Source: Haliotis rubra (taxonomy: Eukaryota). From it: a stretch of 64,000 nt of DNA. Where the stretch lies: the NCBI RefSeq assembly GCF_003918875.1, contig NW_025765103.1:806001-870000 (forward strand), given 5' to 3'. Position numbers and translations under genes: made by a program. Numbering within the stretch: the stretch's first letter is position 1; the number at the start of each line of letters is the position of its first letter. Under the pieces are notes generated by a model. That model did not search any database and was not told the origin of the DNA. It worked only from the letters and a program-made list of their open reading frames with translations. Below are positions 37,333 to 51,899 of this stretch, in pieces.

Positions 37333-39085
37333 ACTGTGGATTCTACGAAAGGGGAAGTTCAGTACGGATCTTGCTGTCCTAGTATTGATCAGCATGCTCG
37401 AAAACATTATATCATAAATACTGATGGGCATACACAATAACAGGAATATCACTATTGACCCTTAATAGCTGTTTTTCATGACTTTGAAGGAAATTAAAAC
37501 TAAATATAGATTAGATGAAAACAAATCATTGAAATGGGTGCAATTACATTATTCATACAGTCGGACAAAATAACAGGCAATCAGAAAGGTTTCAGTTTTG
37601 TTTTCACAACCATCCAAGGAGCTGAGTCAACACTATATGCGGCACTCTAATTGTCAACAGCTTTAAGTTTTATCATGTTCGATGAACATACACATGGATG
37701 ATGTTTGATAAAAAATGGCGGCCATTCACAACATGATATGAACGATACTGAAATAGACGATATGAAATGTAACACAGTTGTGCGAAATACTGGGGCATAA
37801 CAAAGGTGGGTGGTTATTTCAACTGTTGCATGTCTGACATGTACAGCAATTGCAGTTCAATATACGTAGTTTACACTGCAATTGATTTCCTGTAGCCACT
37901 GCCTTCTCTGATAACTTTCACAGTAGTGCCAAACAGTTGGAACATTCTGCCATCCCTGCACTCGTTTACTCAAACACAGTCGGTAATCTTTGACACAATA
38001 CAAAGGTGTTGCTTAAAATCTGGGCAAATAGAAAAAAATATGAAATTGAAGAAAAAGAGGGTGAAAAAATTCTACATTTGAATATGTTTGTTGTCTGTTG
38101 CTACAAAGAAGCAGTATGACAATTAAAAACATTTCGTGGGGCAATGTCTAGGTTAACTGTTACAACCATTGATAATTTCAATGCTAAGGCAACATTCATA
38201 TCTAAATACACTGCAAAAAACAAAGACTTAAAGATGAAAGTTACCCAGACAGTTTGTACCAAGTCATTGTGCGACATATAGCCTCTGTTAAGACTGTGCT
38301 AATCTAGAAGCTTTACAACATGCAATAAAGGAACTGCCCTTTATACACCTTCAATACAAATATAATATTCTTAATATTTTTCAAGGTGAAGGTCTTGAAT
38401 TTTGCTTAGCCTTATTTACATGTAATGAATATAACAAAACAAAAATACCCATCCCAATAGTTTATACCTGAAAACATTTTAATTTCCGTTTGGTTCGAAT
38501 GACATATATGAGGCTAGCATTGCTTGTTAGGGTATGTACAAACTGCTGATGGTCCAAATCACACTGATTATAACTGATCATAACACATTTAATGCTTATC
38601 AAGTTAATCACTCACATAAAAAGAAAACCCAATGTTCATATTTTTTTAAAGCAAATATATTTTTAAATAAGTACTGTCATTTCTGAGATAATTCTCCTCC
38701 ACTCTGCCCGAAGTTGGCGGAACACAAAAGTCTCCTGAAACTGATGACTTATAAGCAGGTGGCACACCTGAAGTTGCCAACTCTCCAAGACAGCGCCAAG
38801 TCAGTGACAGGTGGTGCACTCACACTGTATGTAGTGTCGCAGTGTATTACCTCACTAATCCCATCACGAAACTCTCCAAACATAGTAATCCAAAACACAC
38901 GGTTCTTAGGAATCGTGGACACAAACAACGTCAATATCAGTCGATGAAATATTAAAACCTTTTTTGTGTGGTTGAGATGACAATATTGAAATAAACAAGG
39001 CTCTAATCTAGTGATAAACAAGTGCATAATCTTGAAATAAACACTCCGGCAAGTAACTGACGTGATGGTTTGAGGTGCTGTAGTC

Positions 39086-39176
39086 ATGTTCGACACGACG
39101 TGGAGGCGAATAAACAGGCATCTCCCCAAACCTCCAAACTTCGTTCCACCCCCACCTGAACTACGTCACAGGACAG
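39086..39176 (+). other. Candidate first coding exon MFDTTWRRINRHLPKPPNFVPPPPELRHRT
   Basis: ATG in GTCATG context within a local CpG-rich patch; perfect donor CAG|GTGAGT; no homolog recognised. Confidence 0.35.
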
Positions 39177-39801
39177 GTGAGTGTATTTGCATAACGGGAT
39201 CAATAATTGGAATCAACAACTCTCGTTTGTTTCAAAAACAAGATGGACGCTTTTCAGTGAGTTTAACAAAGGGGACAAACGACTTAAAAGAAATTTGAAA
39301 ACAGATGTGATGCTTGTTATGTCCCATCGCCTGCGAGAAGACAACTTTCGATTGAAATGACAATATTTGAAAACTAAAAATAAAGCTAGGAATTTCAAAA
39401 GAATAACCTGCCTAATCACTGTTGATTTCTCACCTTCCCCACTGAACTAAACAAGTCTTCTCACATGCACATGTCTATATTAAGAGGTGACATATTCTCA
39501 TCCAAACAAGACATATAACCCCCGGGGCACCTGTATACTGAGGGCACAGAGAGGGGCAAGTAGTATTTCCTCCTCCACCCAAGGACCCCCCGCCCCACCC
39601 GCACCCCTACCACTCACAAGTTTTTGTAAGTTATCAATATTACTCTGTATTACAAGAGAAATAAACCTTTCATGAACCCTTCCTTGAACCTGTCAAGCCT
39701 TTTGCTGAACCATCTCCACTTTTTGCAACCCCCACTCCCTCCTTCCCCCCCAATATTTACATGCGTCACATCAACCACTCCCTCACATAATCTGAAGGGC
39801 C

Positions 39802-40048
39802 CCCCATGAAGAACCGGGTTAGAATTGATCTGCAGTAACCCATGCTTGTCGTAAGAGGCAACTAATTGGATCGGGTGGTCAGGCTCGCTGACTTGGTTCA
39901 CACATGTCATCGGTTCCAAATTGTGCAGATCGATGCTCATACTGTTGATCACTGGATTGTCTGGCCAAGACTTCATTATTTACAGACCGCCGCCATATAG
40001 CTGGAATACTGCTGAGTGTGGCGTAAACTTAACTCACTCACTCACTCA
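39802..40048 (+). mobile_element. Family B retroposon, full length
   Basis: Structured head, tail and 11-bp TSD ATCTGAAGGGC. Confidence 0.92.
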
Positions 40049-41034
40049 TCTGAAGGGCAACAGAATACAAGAGAGAAGATCTATTACCCAGTACCCATTT
40101 CCTTGATGTACAAGTACCGGTATTGTGAAATACCACACATAACATTAATACATAATACCTGTAAACTACAACACTGGGGCACCTGTAATCGAGTATCGCT
40201 TGGGTCTGATGTATGTCTCAGATCGCGAGTGCATAGACTTACCTGTAGGAAAGAATTCTATGAATATGTAAGTTTGAAACATGAACTGTTCAGTATAACT
40301 TAAATACTGTATATATTTGTTTATCAACACACATATGTCACCAGCTTTGTTTGTTGTATACCACATTACTGTACAACAGTACAACACCCCAGGTAAGTTC
40401 TCGTTTGTACGTAAACGTTTTTTGTTGGCTCAGTTATCCATTACCGTCAAGATCCGTTTTTATCTACAGCCACTGCACACACGTAACTTGCCCTGAGTAT
40501 ATGTTAACATAAGCGTATTATGTAAATGCAGAGGATTATCTCAGTGGGAGCACCAGGCTTAAACTTTAATACACTCGGTCATAAAAGTCTTTGTTAAAAT
40601 TTACATAATCAAATCATGGATTGAAGTTTTGATTCAATGTTTAGATTGACTAGATATTATCTGTACGCCTCCTGAGAGAAAGCCAATACAAGTGTATTGA
40701 CAGTGTGATTCACAGAGATGAGACTTGTCAGGGGATGAGAGCCCCCTCCCCTGTCACATGTCACCTTTGGTGCATGTGCTGTCAGATCACATTTCCTGTT
40801 GACATCACCAGACATTTTCAGACATGGAACGATAAGGACACCTGGCTGATCACCTCAACCATTCCGATTATCCAACGTATGATATCGCCACTGTAGTACG
40901 ATATACACCATGGACACACTTGATATCGTTATCCTTATCCATCTTAACTTATACACAGAATGACTTGCACTTGATTGGATAGCTCTTTTTAGCGTCATAT
41001 CATCATAACTTCATACACTAATAATTCATAATAA

Positions 41035-41357
41035 GGCCAGACGAAGTTTATTTCTTGTTTTACTTGTTGTTTGTCGTATTTGTCAAGAATAAGAAAAAAA
41101 ATAAAACTTAATTTTCCCTGCTCAAAAAATAATATCCTAATGTTTTTATTGGCCAAAAGTGTAAACTCATACAAAAAGTTTTTTTAGATTGTTTTTTTCC
41201 CCATATACACTTCATAAATTGCCAAAAGTAAAATATTTTGAGTATTTAGAACGAATATTACTTTGACTGGTGATTTTATTTTATATTTTTTTCCCTCCTG
41301 CCTTTAGGTTTTCTGAGGACAAAAATCTGTAAAACAAGAAATAAAATTGGTCTGGCC
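41035..41357. mobile_element. PIF/Harbinger-like MITE
   Basis: ~30-bp TIRs GGCCAGACGAAGTTTTATTTCTTGTTTTAC and GTAAAACAAGAAATAAAATTGGTCTGGCC, TAA TSD on both sides, AT-rich interior. Confidence 0.85.
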
Positions 41358-42514
41358 TAAACAGTTAAACAAAATCTTCATTTCAAAATTTTGCAGTCTC
41401 ACTAGAATAATAAAAGAAATAGAACATGTATGTATTTATTATTGTCACATTTGGTAGACAAAATGTCGAAGGACATGACTTTTGATATTGATTTATTTTG
41501 CATTGACACTTTCTTAAGAGATAGTGTTCACGCATATCACTCAGACTCTAATCAGCCTAGTAATAACATAGTAGCGAAGTGCATGAGAAGATTAACAAGA
41601 CTCCAACTCACTCACTTATGGTGTAAGATTTCACAATACAGATCCTTACAACACAACATTGTACCATCATGAAATAGAACCATGGTTATGCTGGACCTTC
41701 TTGTATACTGTACATTGCCCACATACAAATCACTATACACAGACTGTTTCACCATTATACGTGGTACAAACCAATCAGAGGTTAATATGGTACAAGCAAA
41801 GAAAAAATTACTCACAAACATTCTAAGCCTATGAGAAAAGTTATTCACACTTGCTGCAAAGAAACCAGTCGTCAATATCACGTACATTGCAGAAAAGTGT
41901 GAATGTACATCACCCAGCATAGTGATACCACAGAATAAAAACTAACTATGTACATGCACCATTCATTTCCAATGGAATTAATTCCAGGAGAGAGGAGAGT
42001 CGATTGAACTCATTGTATCAGAGCTGTACAAAGCTGTCAGCCAGGTCCTCAATGAGCTTGGTCTCAACAACAGTGCACAAACACCTATATACATATATAG
42101 GCTGAGCCGTGCCAGCAGAACATTTGTTCTTAGGGGCTGTGAGGTGTGAAAGATTTGTAAAAGTTGTAGAGCTTTTAAAAGTTTGGAAGGTCTTCAGGTA
42201 CAATATGATTGCCCGCTTTGATGTATTGACAAGACTTTCACAAGAGTGGAAGTGATTGACAGTTTTGAGTGGAATCATAACTGCTGGAGAAGAAGAAGAA
42301 TGGGCGTGTTATCACAGAGTGATGGGTATTGTCCAGCTCTGTTCTGGACAGGTCTATATTGAAGAATCTTAACAAGAAAAGTATGGAGCAGGCAAACCAA
42401 TATCAGCACTGAACCATACAGTCCGCTTAAAACTGACATATCTTTTCAGATGTTGCCCAGCTATCCAAGTACACTCTAGACAAACAACTCTACTTTGTGT
42501 TTCAGTCCAACTTG

Positions 42515-42690
42515 GGGTGAGTGAGTGAGTGTGGTTTTACGCCGCTTTTAGCAATATTCCAGCAATATCACAAGGCAGGGGGGGGGTGGAATACCAGGAA
42601 TGGGCTTTACACATTGTGCCCATGTGGGGAATCGAACCCGGGTCCTCGGCGTGGTGGGTGGGCGCTTTAACCACAAGGCTACCCCACCGG
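42515..42690 (-). mobile_element. Family A SINE
   Basis: Reverse complement of family A; TSD CAG(T/C)CCAACTTGG. Confidence 0.9.
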
Positions 42691-43034
42691 TCCAGCCCAA
42701 CTTGGAACATGAGTGTGACTGTCCTAGCATCCCAAAGGGGTTTTCGTTTAGGGGACACAAATATGTGTGAGTCTTAGGCTCAAAAGGTTTTAGTTTCAAG
42801 GGGAAAATATATGCTTGTCCTTGACCCCAGCATCCCAAAGGGGTTTTATTCTAAGTAGAAATGACCTTGTTCAGGACTTTCTATAGGGAATAAAATACTT
42901 CTGTACTTCTGAAAACATATCATTGACTCTAAAAAAAAGAGAAAAAAACAGAGGTATGTATCTCCCAAACATTGACTGTTTCACGAATAATTCTACAGAG
43001 GGTATGTTCTCTGCAGGACCAATGCCATGTAAGA

Positions 43035-43585
43035 GGTAGGTGTCCTCTCACCATAATGGTGTCTATCACAGTATGCTAGGTAAGAGATGGGTGTCCTCTC
43101 ACCATAATGGTGTCTATCACAGTATGCCAGGTAAGAGATGGGTGTCCTCTCACCATAATGGTGTCTATCACAGTATGCTAGGTAAGAGATGGGTGTCCTC
43201 TCACCATAATGGTGTCTATCACAGTATGCTAGGTAAGAGATGGGTGTCCTCTCACCATAATGGTGTCTATCACAGTATGCTAGGTAAGAGATGGGTGTCC
43301 TCTCACCATAATGGTGTCTATCACAGTATGCTAGGTAAGAGATGGGTGTCCTCTCACCATAATGGTGTCTATCACAGTATGCCAGGTAAGAGATGGGTGT
43401 CCCTCTCACCATAATGGTGTCTATCACAGTATGCTAGGTAAGAGATGGGTGTCCTCTCACCATAATGGTGTCTATCACAGTATGCTAGGTAAGAGATGGG
43501 TGTCCCTCTCACCATAATGGTGTCTATCACAGTATGCTAGGTAAGAGATGGGTGTCCTCTCGCCATAATGGTGTCTATTACAGTC
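43035..43585. repeat. Minisatellite, 51-bp unit GGGTGTCCTCTCACCATAATGGTGTCTATCACAGTATGCTAGGTAAGAGAT, ~11 copies
   Basis: Near-identical tandem copies. Confidence 0.96.
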
Positions 43586-44064
43586 ACAACAATACATCTG
43601 TGCACAGGTCAAACCAGAATAATCTTTGAAATTGACAAAATACATTTGCAAATATAATATTCACTCAAAAAATGAAGCAGCCATGTTTTTATCAGTTGTT
43701 GGGATGCATTATTCATGCTGAAACCATTTGATCTCACTGATTTCCTTCATGTCTGAGTGGAAACAAACAAAATAAAACCACTCATCCCCAGAAAAAATCA
43801 CTATCAGAAGAATCGGACGTGCATAAGTAACACCCAGCACAGAACAATACACATTGTCTAACACGAGTACCTCCCGGAGACAACAGATACCTCGGTCTCA
43901 AAGTCACATAATATGATTTATGATCATGTGAGAGTTATTCCTGGAATATATCATAAACCACCCCCTGTGTCTGTGAGCTCGGAGGGAGTACTTTGTCAGA
44001 CATCACGGGTAGATGTTGGTGGTCTTGCATTCGTTTGGGTATATGTTATGTTGCCGTCTCAGTG

Positions 44065-45010
44065 ACCTAGGTTGGAGAACCAGGTTAGGAGCACCTGGGT
44101 TTGAGGACCTGGGTAGGGACTTGGGTTGGAAGACCAGGTTAGGAGGACCTGGGTTGGAGGACCTGGGTAGGGACTTGGGTTGGAGGGCTTGGGTTGGAGA
44201 ACCTGGTTTCATAGGCCCTGGGATGGAGAACCTCAGGTTTTTCATTGGAGGACCTCGGTTGGAGGACCTGGGTAGGGACTTGGGCTGGAGGACTTGGGTT
44301 GGAGGCTTGGGTTGGAGGACCTGGTTTCATAGGCCCTGGGATGGAGAACCTCAGGTTTTTCATTGGAGGACCTCGGTTGGAGGACCTCAGTTGGAGACTT
44401 GGGTTGGAGGACCTGGTTTCATAGGCCCTGGGATGGAGAACCTCAGGTTTTTCATTGGAGGACCTCGGTTGGAGGACCTCAGTTGGAGACTTGGGTTGGA
44501 GGACCTGGTTTCATAGGCCCTGGGATGGAGAACCTCAGGTTTTTCATTGGAGGACCTCGGTTGGAGGACCTCGGTTGGAGGACCTCGGTTGGAGGACCTC
44601 GGTTGGAGACTTGGGTTGGAGGACCTGGTTTCATAGGCCCTGGGATGGAGAACCTCAGGTTTTTCATCGGAGGACCTGGCTTGGAGCACCTTTGTTGGAG
44701 AGCCTAGCTTGGTGGGCCTTGTCTGGAGGAAATTGGTTGCAGAGTATAGGTTGGAGGGCCTTGGTTGGAGGGCCTTGATTGGAAGACCTTGATTGGAAGA
44801 CTTGGATTGGAGGAAATGGACTGAAGGACCTGGATTGGGGACTTGGGTTGGAAGAATTTTGTTGGAGGAATGGTTGGATGAAATGGGTTGAAGGACCTAT
44901 GGTGGAGAGCCTTGATTGGAGGACATAGGTTGGGGGATTTGGGTTGGAAGACCTGGGTTTGATGACTTGGGATGGAGGGCTTTGGTTGGAGGACACACAC
45001 TGGAGGACCT
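44065..45010. repeat. GGTTGGAGGACCT-based repeat with a ~92-bp higher-order unit, decaying towards the 3' side
   Basis: Tandem copies; ORFs recur at a 92-bp offset. Confidence 0.9.
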
Positions 45011-45311
45011 GGGTAAGAGGTCTTGGACCTGAGGTTCTTGGTTGAAAGAATACTGTTGATTATTTAGTTTCGAGAGGTCACAGAAATAAGATCCAGGCAG
45101 TGCTGACCTTCGCACTGCTGGAAGCCACATCAGCTGATATAGGCCTGGAAGGGACGTCTCAAGACGTGTTACCTAGGTGTTGATTAACTGGCCGAATGCA
45201 TGACCTGAAAAAGAAAATGCATCACTGAGATTGATGACTCATCAATTTACCTGAGAATGGATGTCCTATTTGGAAGTTTGTGGTCTACGTGATCGGGGAG
45301 GAAGACCTGAG

Positions 45312-45577
45312 GCCATTGGTCACCTCTGACCCTGGCTGCTCACAGTTGATCCCTGGTCAGGTCATGTGATCTAAATCAAATGTCATTTATTTTCTGGAGT
45401 GAGGTCACATGACAGGGATGATGCAAGTAATTCTAGCTAATCCTTGTCTGTGTCACTCAGAGGTGATATAGACATCATATGTTGTAGGTAGATGTGTAAT
45501 TGATTGCAAACTCTTCACCCACCAGCCTCATATCCTCTGGTAATCACAGGTGATATAGATGTTTCTTTGTCATAAGC
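45312..45577 (+). repeat. Dispersed ~270-bp repeat, copy 1
   Basis: High similarity to 49269-49538. Confidence 0.9.
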
Positions 45578-46244
45578 TGAGTGGATTGATTGTTTCAGGC
45601 ATAACACAGCATAAGGTTTTCATGCTTGAACTTGAACAGTGCCTGTAAACGATGAATGGCAAGCCTGGAGTGAATGTTGAATATCATTCGTGATTGTTCA
45701 ATATTTAATAACAGATGTAAACTGACATTAAGCTGGATTTCTATGTTTAGGAAATGCATCCAATATGTCTGAAATAATCTGTAGGAATCATACTGTAATA
45801 CAGAGATTCCCGTATTACAGGAATGCCATAAGTGACGCCATGCATCACAGACTACAATTACGCCATCATCTAAACCATGGGTTGGTACCAGTAGTCCATG
45901 AACCATTACCTGGATGAAGACTTGAAATATCTACAGTCAGACTTGCATAGAACATGGTCATAGGAACCACACATATGTTGTACAAACAGACAGAGATGAT
46001 GAATACAGTGATGTTGAAGATCTTGATACTGGGAACAGACAGACTATCACATCTCAGTGACACAGATTAATGACTGACATACTTTGTCATCCCTTGGGCA
46101 TATATAAACCTATCATTATGGAGGGTTCAGTTCCTGGTTTACTCCAACTATGTTTTACCCATGGTGCCACATTGGTTACCAAAGTGGTAAACATCAGAGA
46201 CAAGCATCACTTTCTGCTTTCCGTGGACATAGAGCTGACGCTGC

Positions 46245-46620
46245 GAAGACCATTATAGAGCAAATTTGGAGCATATTGATATTATTAAAGGAACAAAACT
46301 CCCAACTCCCTCACTAACTCACTGACACAGCTAACACAATGAAGACCATTATAGAGCAAATTTGCAGCACATTGATATTATTGAAGGAACAAAACTCCCA
46401 ACTCCCTCACTAACTCACTGACACAGCTAACACTGTGAAGACCATTTTAGAGCAAATTTGCAGCACATTCATATTATTGAAGGAACAAAACTCCCAACTC
46501 CCTCACTAACACACTGACACAGCTAACACCATGAAGACCATTATAGAGCAAACTTGCAGCACATTGATATTATTGAAGGAACAAAACTCCCAACTCCCTC
46601 ACAAACTCAGTGACACACTT
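46245..46620. repeat. Four tandem copies of a 96-bp unit (GAAGACCATTATAGAGCAAATTTG...)
   Basis: Units start at about 46245, 46341, 46437 and 46533. Confidence 0.93.
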
Positions 46621-47204
46621 GACTCCTGAGTTCCTGCTATATGACAACTTGTATCAAAAAGAATGTAATAAAGAAATATATTGACACGTGTAGTCATACA
46701 GTACTGATACAAACATTGATCGGAGCTGCTGTAAGTGCAGGCCTAGGGCCATGGAAACCTACAAGTCTGCAGCATCGCTGATCATTACTGTCATATTAAA
46801 TAATTACACATGGGTCATCTGAGGATTTCCAGTGTGAAACATGTGACCTTTACAAGATAAACGGGTGAATTACAGTTTAGCATATCACTGAATGATAGCG
46901 TGTGTCTGTCAGACTCGACTGCTTGTGTAGATTTCAGTCAACAGAAACAACATGGAAATAAACATTTGTTGTGATGTGGGCAGCTGTATCAGTGTATGTG
47001 TATGTACTTTCTTAAAACATGTCAGCAACACCTAAATCAAAATATACTAGCTCAATGATTCATGGATACTGTGATAAACATGTTGTTATCATTTCTGATT
47101 CAGTTTATTAGAATTATATTTTGTTTTCAAATTGAAAATCTTGGCATCTTGAACTTCTAATAGTGTATCATATAATATATAGTCAAATTTAAAATAAGAT
47201 CAAA

Positions 47205-47272
47205 TCTCATGATGTTGATCACTGGATTGTCTGGTCCAGATTCCATTATTTACAGACCACTGACATATAGCA
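47205..47272 (+). mobile_element. Family B fragment
   Basis: CTCATGATGTTGATCACTGGATTGTCTGGTCCAGATTCCATTATTTACAGACC. Confidence 0.75.
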
Positions 47273-47814
47273 AAAGTTAAAAATAATAGTGTTTTACTGA
47301 TTAAACTAAGAACTTGAAATTGACATGATTTCCTGTGTTTCATTACATATCTGTGATTACAATATTTCTCCACAACAGACATACTTCAAATTGTATGTTT
47401 AACAGGGACATGAATATTTCAATAATGACCCTATTATAAAACATGACCTTGTGGAAATTAATCACCTGTGTCCAGATTATAACTACAAAAATAATAAATG
47501 TCATTATCACAACTTAAAAACATCAAACATTGATGGATGACACTGAAGAATTTAAATGATCAAAAGGACATGATCATCCAACAAATGAAAAATTCCTAAT
47601 GATGGGATGAGAGCTGTTTTCATTATAGTAATTTCCGGAAGTGAAATGTCAAATGAAAATCGCCTGTGTAGAGATATGTGTCAACAGATTCCATAATTTA
47701 AAGTAGCTTCATCAAATGCCACAACAACACTCTGGCGGACACCTAGTTGTGAGTGAGAAATGCAGAGCCCATTTAGGCAGTGTTGCAGGCAGCCTTTGTG
47801 TGAATGCACATATT

Positions 47815-48920
47815 GATGTGAATGTTTGGGTGAATGTTTGAGTGAATTTTGGCGTGAATTCTTGAGTGAATTTTGGTGTGTATTCTTGAGTGAATTTTGG
47901 TGTGTATTCTTGAGTGAATTTTTGAGTGAATGTTGGGGTGAATTTTGGCGTGAATTCTTGAGTGAATTTTGGTGTGTATTCTTGAGTGAATTTTTGAGTG
48001 AATGTTGGGGTGAATTTTGGCGTGAATTCTTGAGTGAATTTTGGTGTGTATTCTTGAGTGAATTTTTGAGTGAATGTTGGGGTGAATTTTGGCGTGAATT
48101 CTTGAGTGAATTTTTGAGTGAATGTTGGGGTGAATTTTGGCGTGAATTCTTGAGTGAATTTTGGTGTGTATTCTTGAGTGAATTTTTGAGTGAATGTTGG
48201 GGTGAATGTAGGAGCGCATGTTGGAGGAATTTTGGTGATTATTCTTTAGTGAATTTTTGAATGAATTTTGGAGTAAAGATTGTAGTAAACGTTGGTGCAA
48301 AAGTACGAAGAATTTTGGAATGAATGTTGGAATGAAATATGGTGTGAAGGTTGTAGTGAAGGTTGTTTTAATGTTGATGTGAATGTAGGAGTGAATGTTG
48401 GTGTGTATTCTTGAGAGTAGTCTTGAGTGATTGTTTTAGTGAATGTTGTAGTGAAGGTTGTTTTAATGTTGATGTGAATGTAGGAGGAATTTTGCAGTGA
48501 ATCTTCATCTGAATGCAGGAGTAAGTGTTGCTGCGTATTCTTGAGTGAATGTTGTAGTCAATATTTGAGTGAATGTTGTCGTGAATGTTGTAGTAAGTGT
48601 TGATGCGTATTCTTGAGTGAATGTTGAAGTCAATATTTGAGTGAAAGTTGTAGTGAATGTTGGTGTGTATTCTTGAGTGAATGTTGTAGTCAATAATTGA
48701 GTGAATGTTGGTGTGAATGTTGTAGTGAATATTGAGTGCGTATTCTTGAGTGAATGTTGTAGTCAATATTTGAGTGAAAGTTGTAGTGAATATTGGTGCG
48801 TATTCTTGAGTGAATGTTGTAGTCAATATTTGAGTGAATGTTGGTGTGAATGTTGTAGTGAATGTTGGTGTGAATGTTGTAGTGAATGTTGGAGTAAATG
48901 TAGGACTGAATGTAGGATTA
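47815..48920. repeat. 12-bp-based (GAGTGAATGTTG-type) repeat with 72-bp higher-order blocks
   Basis: Tandem copies. Confidence 0.92.
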
Positions 48921-49268
48921 AATAATGCCCCATGGATTATTATTTTGAACACCACCAAACAGACAACAACGATGATGTAATAAACTCTAGAAAATCAAGA
49001 AATGAACGCAGTCCATGTTATCTCTATAGATACCACTTAATATGTTTTATTTCACATAGACGTAACATGAATCTCCATCAAGACCATAATCCAATTCTAA
49101 ATGGAAGAACTGATTCCTTCTAAGCCCAGACATAATTAACTCTTAGTGTTGAGACAATTGCCACGCTGTGGGTACCCCTATGACATGCCCACTGACAACA
49201 TCACAATTATCTCACAGAAGCCATTAATGATAATTAGGGAGTCACAGGTTCAACTTGGTAAGCCTGCA

Positions 49269-49538
49269 GCCATTGGTCACCTTTGACCCTGGCTGCTCAC
49301 AGTTGACCCCTGGTCAGGTCATGTGACTCTAAATCAGACTATATTTATTCTCTGGAGTGAGAGGTCACATGACATGTATGATGCAAGTAATTCTAGTTGA
49401 TCCTTGTCTGTGTCAGTCAGAGGTGAAATAGACATCATATGTTGTAGGTAGATGTGTAATTGATTGCAAACTCTTCACCCACCAGCCTCATATCCTCTGG
49501 TAATCACAGGTGTATATATATGTTTCTTTGTAATAAGC
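49269..49538 (+). repeat. Dispersed ~270-bp repeat, copy 2
   Basis: High similarity to 45312-45577. Confidence 0.9.
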
Positions 49539-49599
49539 ATATTTTACAGTGAATCGACTGGATTGAAGCAAGTGTCATGAGCGTTGTCATGTCAATGAA

Positions 49600-49810
49600 G
49601 ACTGTGAATTGTGAATATTTCACAATGGATGTAGACAGTGAATATGAATGTTAGAGAATGTTGAATATTTCACAATGGATGTAGACTGTGAATATAAACG
49701 TTAGCGAATGTGGAATATTTCACAAATGATGTAGAATGTGAATGTTGAATATTTCACAATTAACATCAATTGTGAATATGAATGTTAGAGAATGATGAAT
49801 ATTTCACAAT
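49600..49810. repeat. Degenerate array containing GAATATTTCACAA, ~4-5 units
   Basis: Directly visible. Confidence 0.8.
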
Positions 49811-51899
49811 CGGTCGACTGTTCAGCTTCATAGTTGTTTGTATATCCAACAGTAACACAGGCTATGTCAAAAATGAGCTTCAATACAATTCTGTTTAATG
49901 TAAATCCTTTTTAAAACATTTTGAAATAGAACTGTCTTTTCAAAATTAAATAAAATTAAGATTTTCTAGTTACTTAACAAAAGGTCAGCAGAACTGAAAA
50001 TGTTACGATTAATTGAAATAGCAGTAAAAAAATATTTAAGTGTATTTGTTAAGGAAATGGTTCACAGTGCAAAAGCTTCAAGGAAATTTGATATGTTTAA
50101 CACATCACCGTGGAAGCACTGATTAGTATAATGATAGCAACTTTTTAAATTTCACGGAAATATTTGTAATTCCAGAACGGGCAATTCCAAAGGTTGCAGC
50201 CACCACGGCCGAAGCAGTGCATGTAGCACAACATAGGCTCATTTGTACATAAAGTTTACACGTACCGCAAAAAGACGATCATGGTGAGGAGTAATCCGAT
50301 TTCAACCTCGCGTATTTCTCAGATGACTAGAGAATTCTAAGTGAACAAATTGTTGCTGGAAACTGACACAGGTCATTGAAGCAACACTCCAGACCCGTAT
50401 TATTTGGAGATGGATTTAGCCGGACATGCAATACAAACATTTTGAGAAAACTGTCAGGTTCTTCCTTTATGTTGGCGACTACATCTACGACGTGATGTCT
50501 AGCAAGAAAGTCGCACCGCATTTAGATGAACCAAGGTGTTGGTCTCCACGCATAGGTTTAAACTCAGCCGTGGGATTACCGCTGCTCTTTCATCGTTAGC
50601 GAACATTCGTTAGTTGTGCGTTAATTAGCTCACCAAGTGCACAGCAGTTTACTGCTATGCCTTGCAATCTACATGAGCAAACATGAAATTGATGGTTATA
50701 TGCTGCTCATGCAAAGGATATACACATACCTTGACTGAGTAGTATTTTTATTTGGTTGCATAAAATTTACATGATATTTGCGTCAAAAATTTAATTTTAA
50801 AGCTAACAAATAAGTGTGGTTTCATTGAATTGTGTAAAATTTGACATACGTATCTCAAATGTCATATGTCATTCAAAGTCAAAGTGACCTTAATAACAGA
50901 GAACCCCACCACCTGGTGGCCACTCACTCACTCACACAGCCAAAGGAAATTACACACATGCATATTTTGATAACTTTTTCTTTAATATAAGTGCTATAGT
51001 TACTGTAATTATATTGTACATTTTCAATAAGTCATCATAATACACACAATAAGGTGCAAAGAGTTTTCTGCTGTACCAGTCGGACAACAGCGTGTGATAC
51101 CAGATCTATTCAGAGCCTAGTCTGTCACATTCAGCAAAACAGTATTGTTTACCAAGATAAAAAGAGGACCCAATTTTAGTTACATCACAGTCAATACCCC
51201 AGTTTAAACAAGCGGCGGCAGCGACATCAAATATACAACGTAGAGGGGAGAACCACCAGGACCACTTCTGACATTCAGTTCAAAGGTCAAGGTCATTAGC
51301 CTCCCAAAAATGCACACAAATGCCAAGTTTTGGATAACATTAGTTAGTGCTGCATGAATGCTCTAAAAAAGGTTATTCATACAATTAAGGATAAAATAAT
51401 TTGAAATAGCAAATTGACAACTCATTAATCTAGATTAGGTTTTTCCATTCCGTCACGACTTCCTTCTTTCAAAGGTTTATTGTCCAATGTTTCGCTCACT
51501 CATCAGTCCATCACGTGATCAGAGGGATGCTTCATCTTCATAAAGATGTGTCAGGAAAATGAGCACATGAAACTTTATCTTAAATATTCAATCCCATAAA
51601 CTTTATGAAAAAAGTTTCAAACATTTAACACATAGGAAATACATTTTCTCTTCAGTTGACATTGTTTATGTGACGGCTATTGATGAGACTCTGTGTGTGG
51701 TTAACATATATTTCAAAAGTCACCTATTGTAAACTTATTTGAAAAGTAAGTGAAAAATATGCAACAGTTCTGCCAGGTGTGAATACACTAAACAGCAGAC
51801 TGATGCCATCACTGGATAAACATATTTAATCATCATGCTTTTCTGTAAGATATACTGTTGTACATCAGATCAAGCATAGTACATTATATGTCAAGTACA

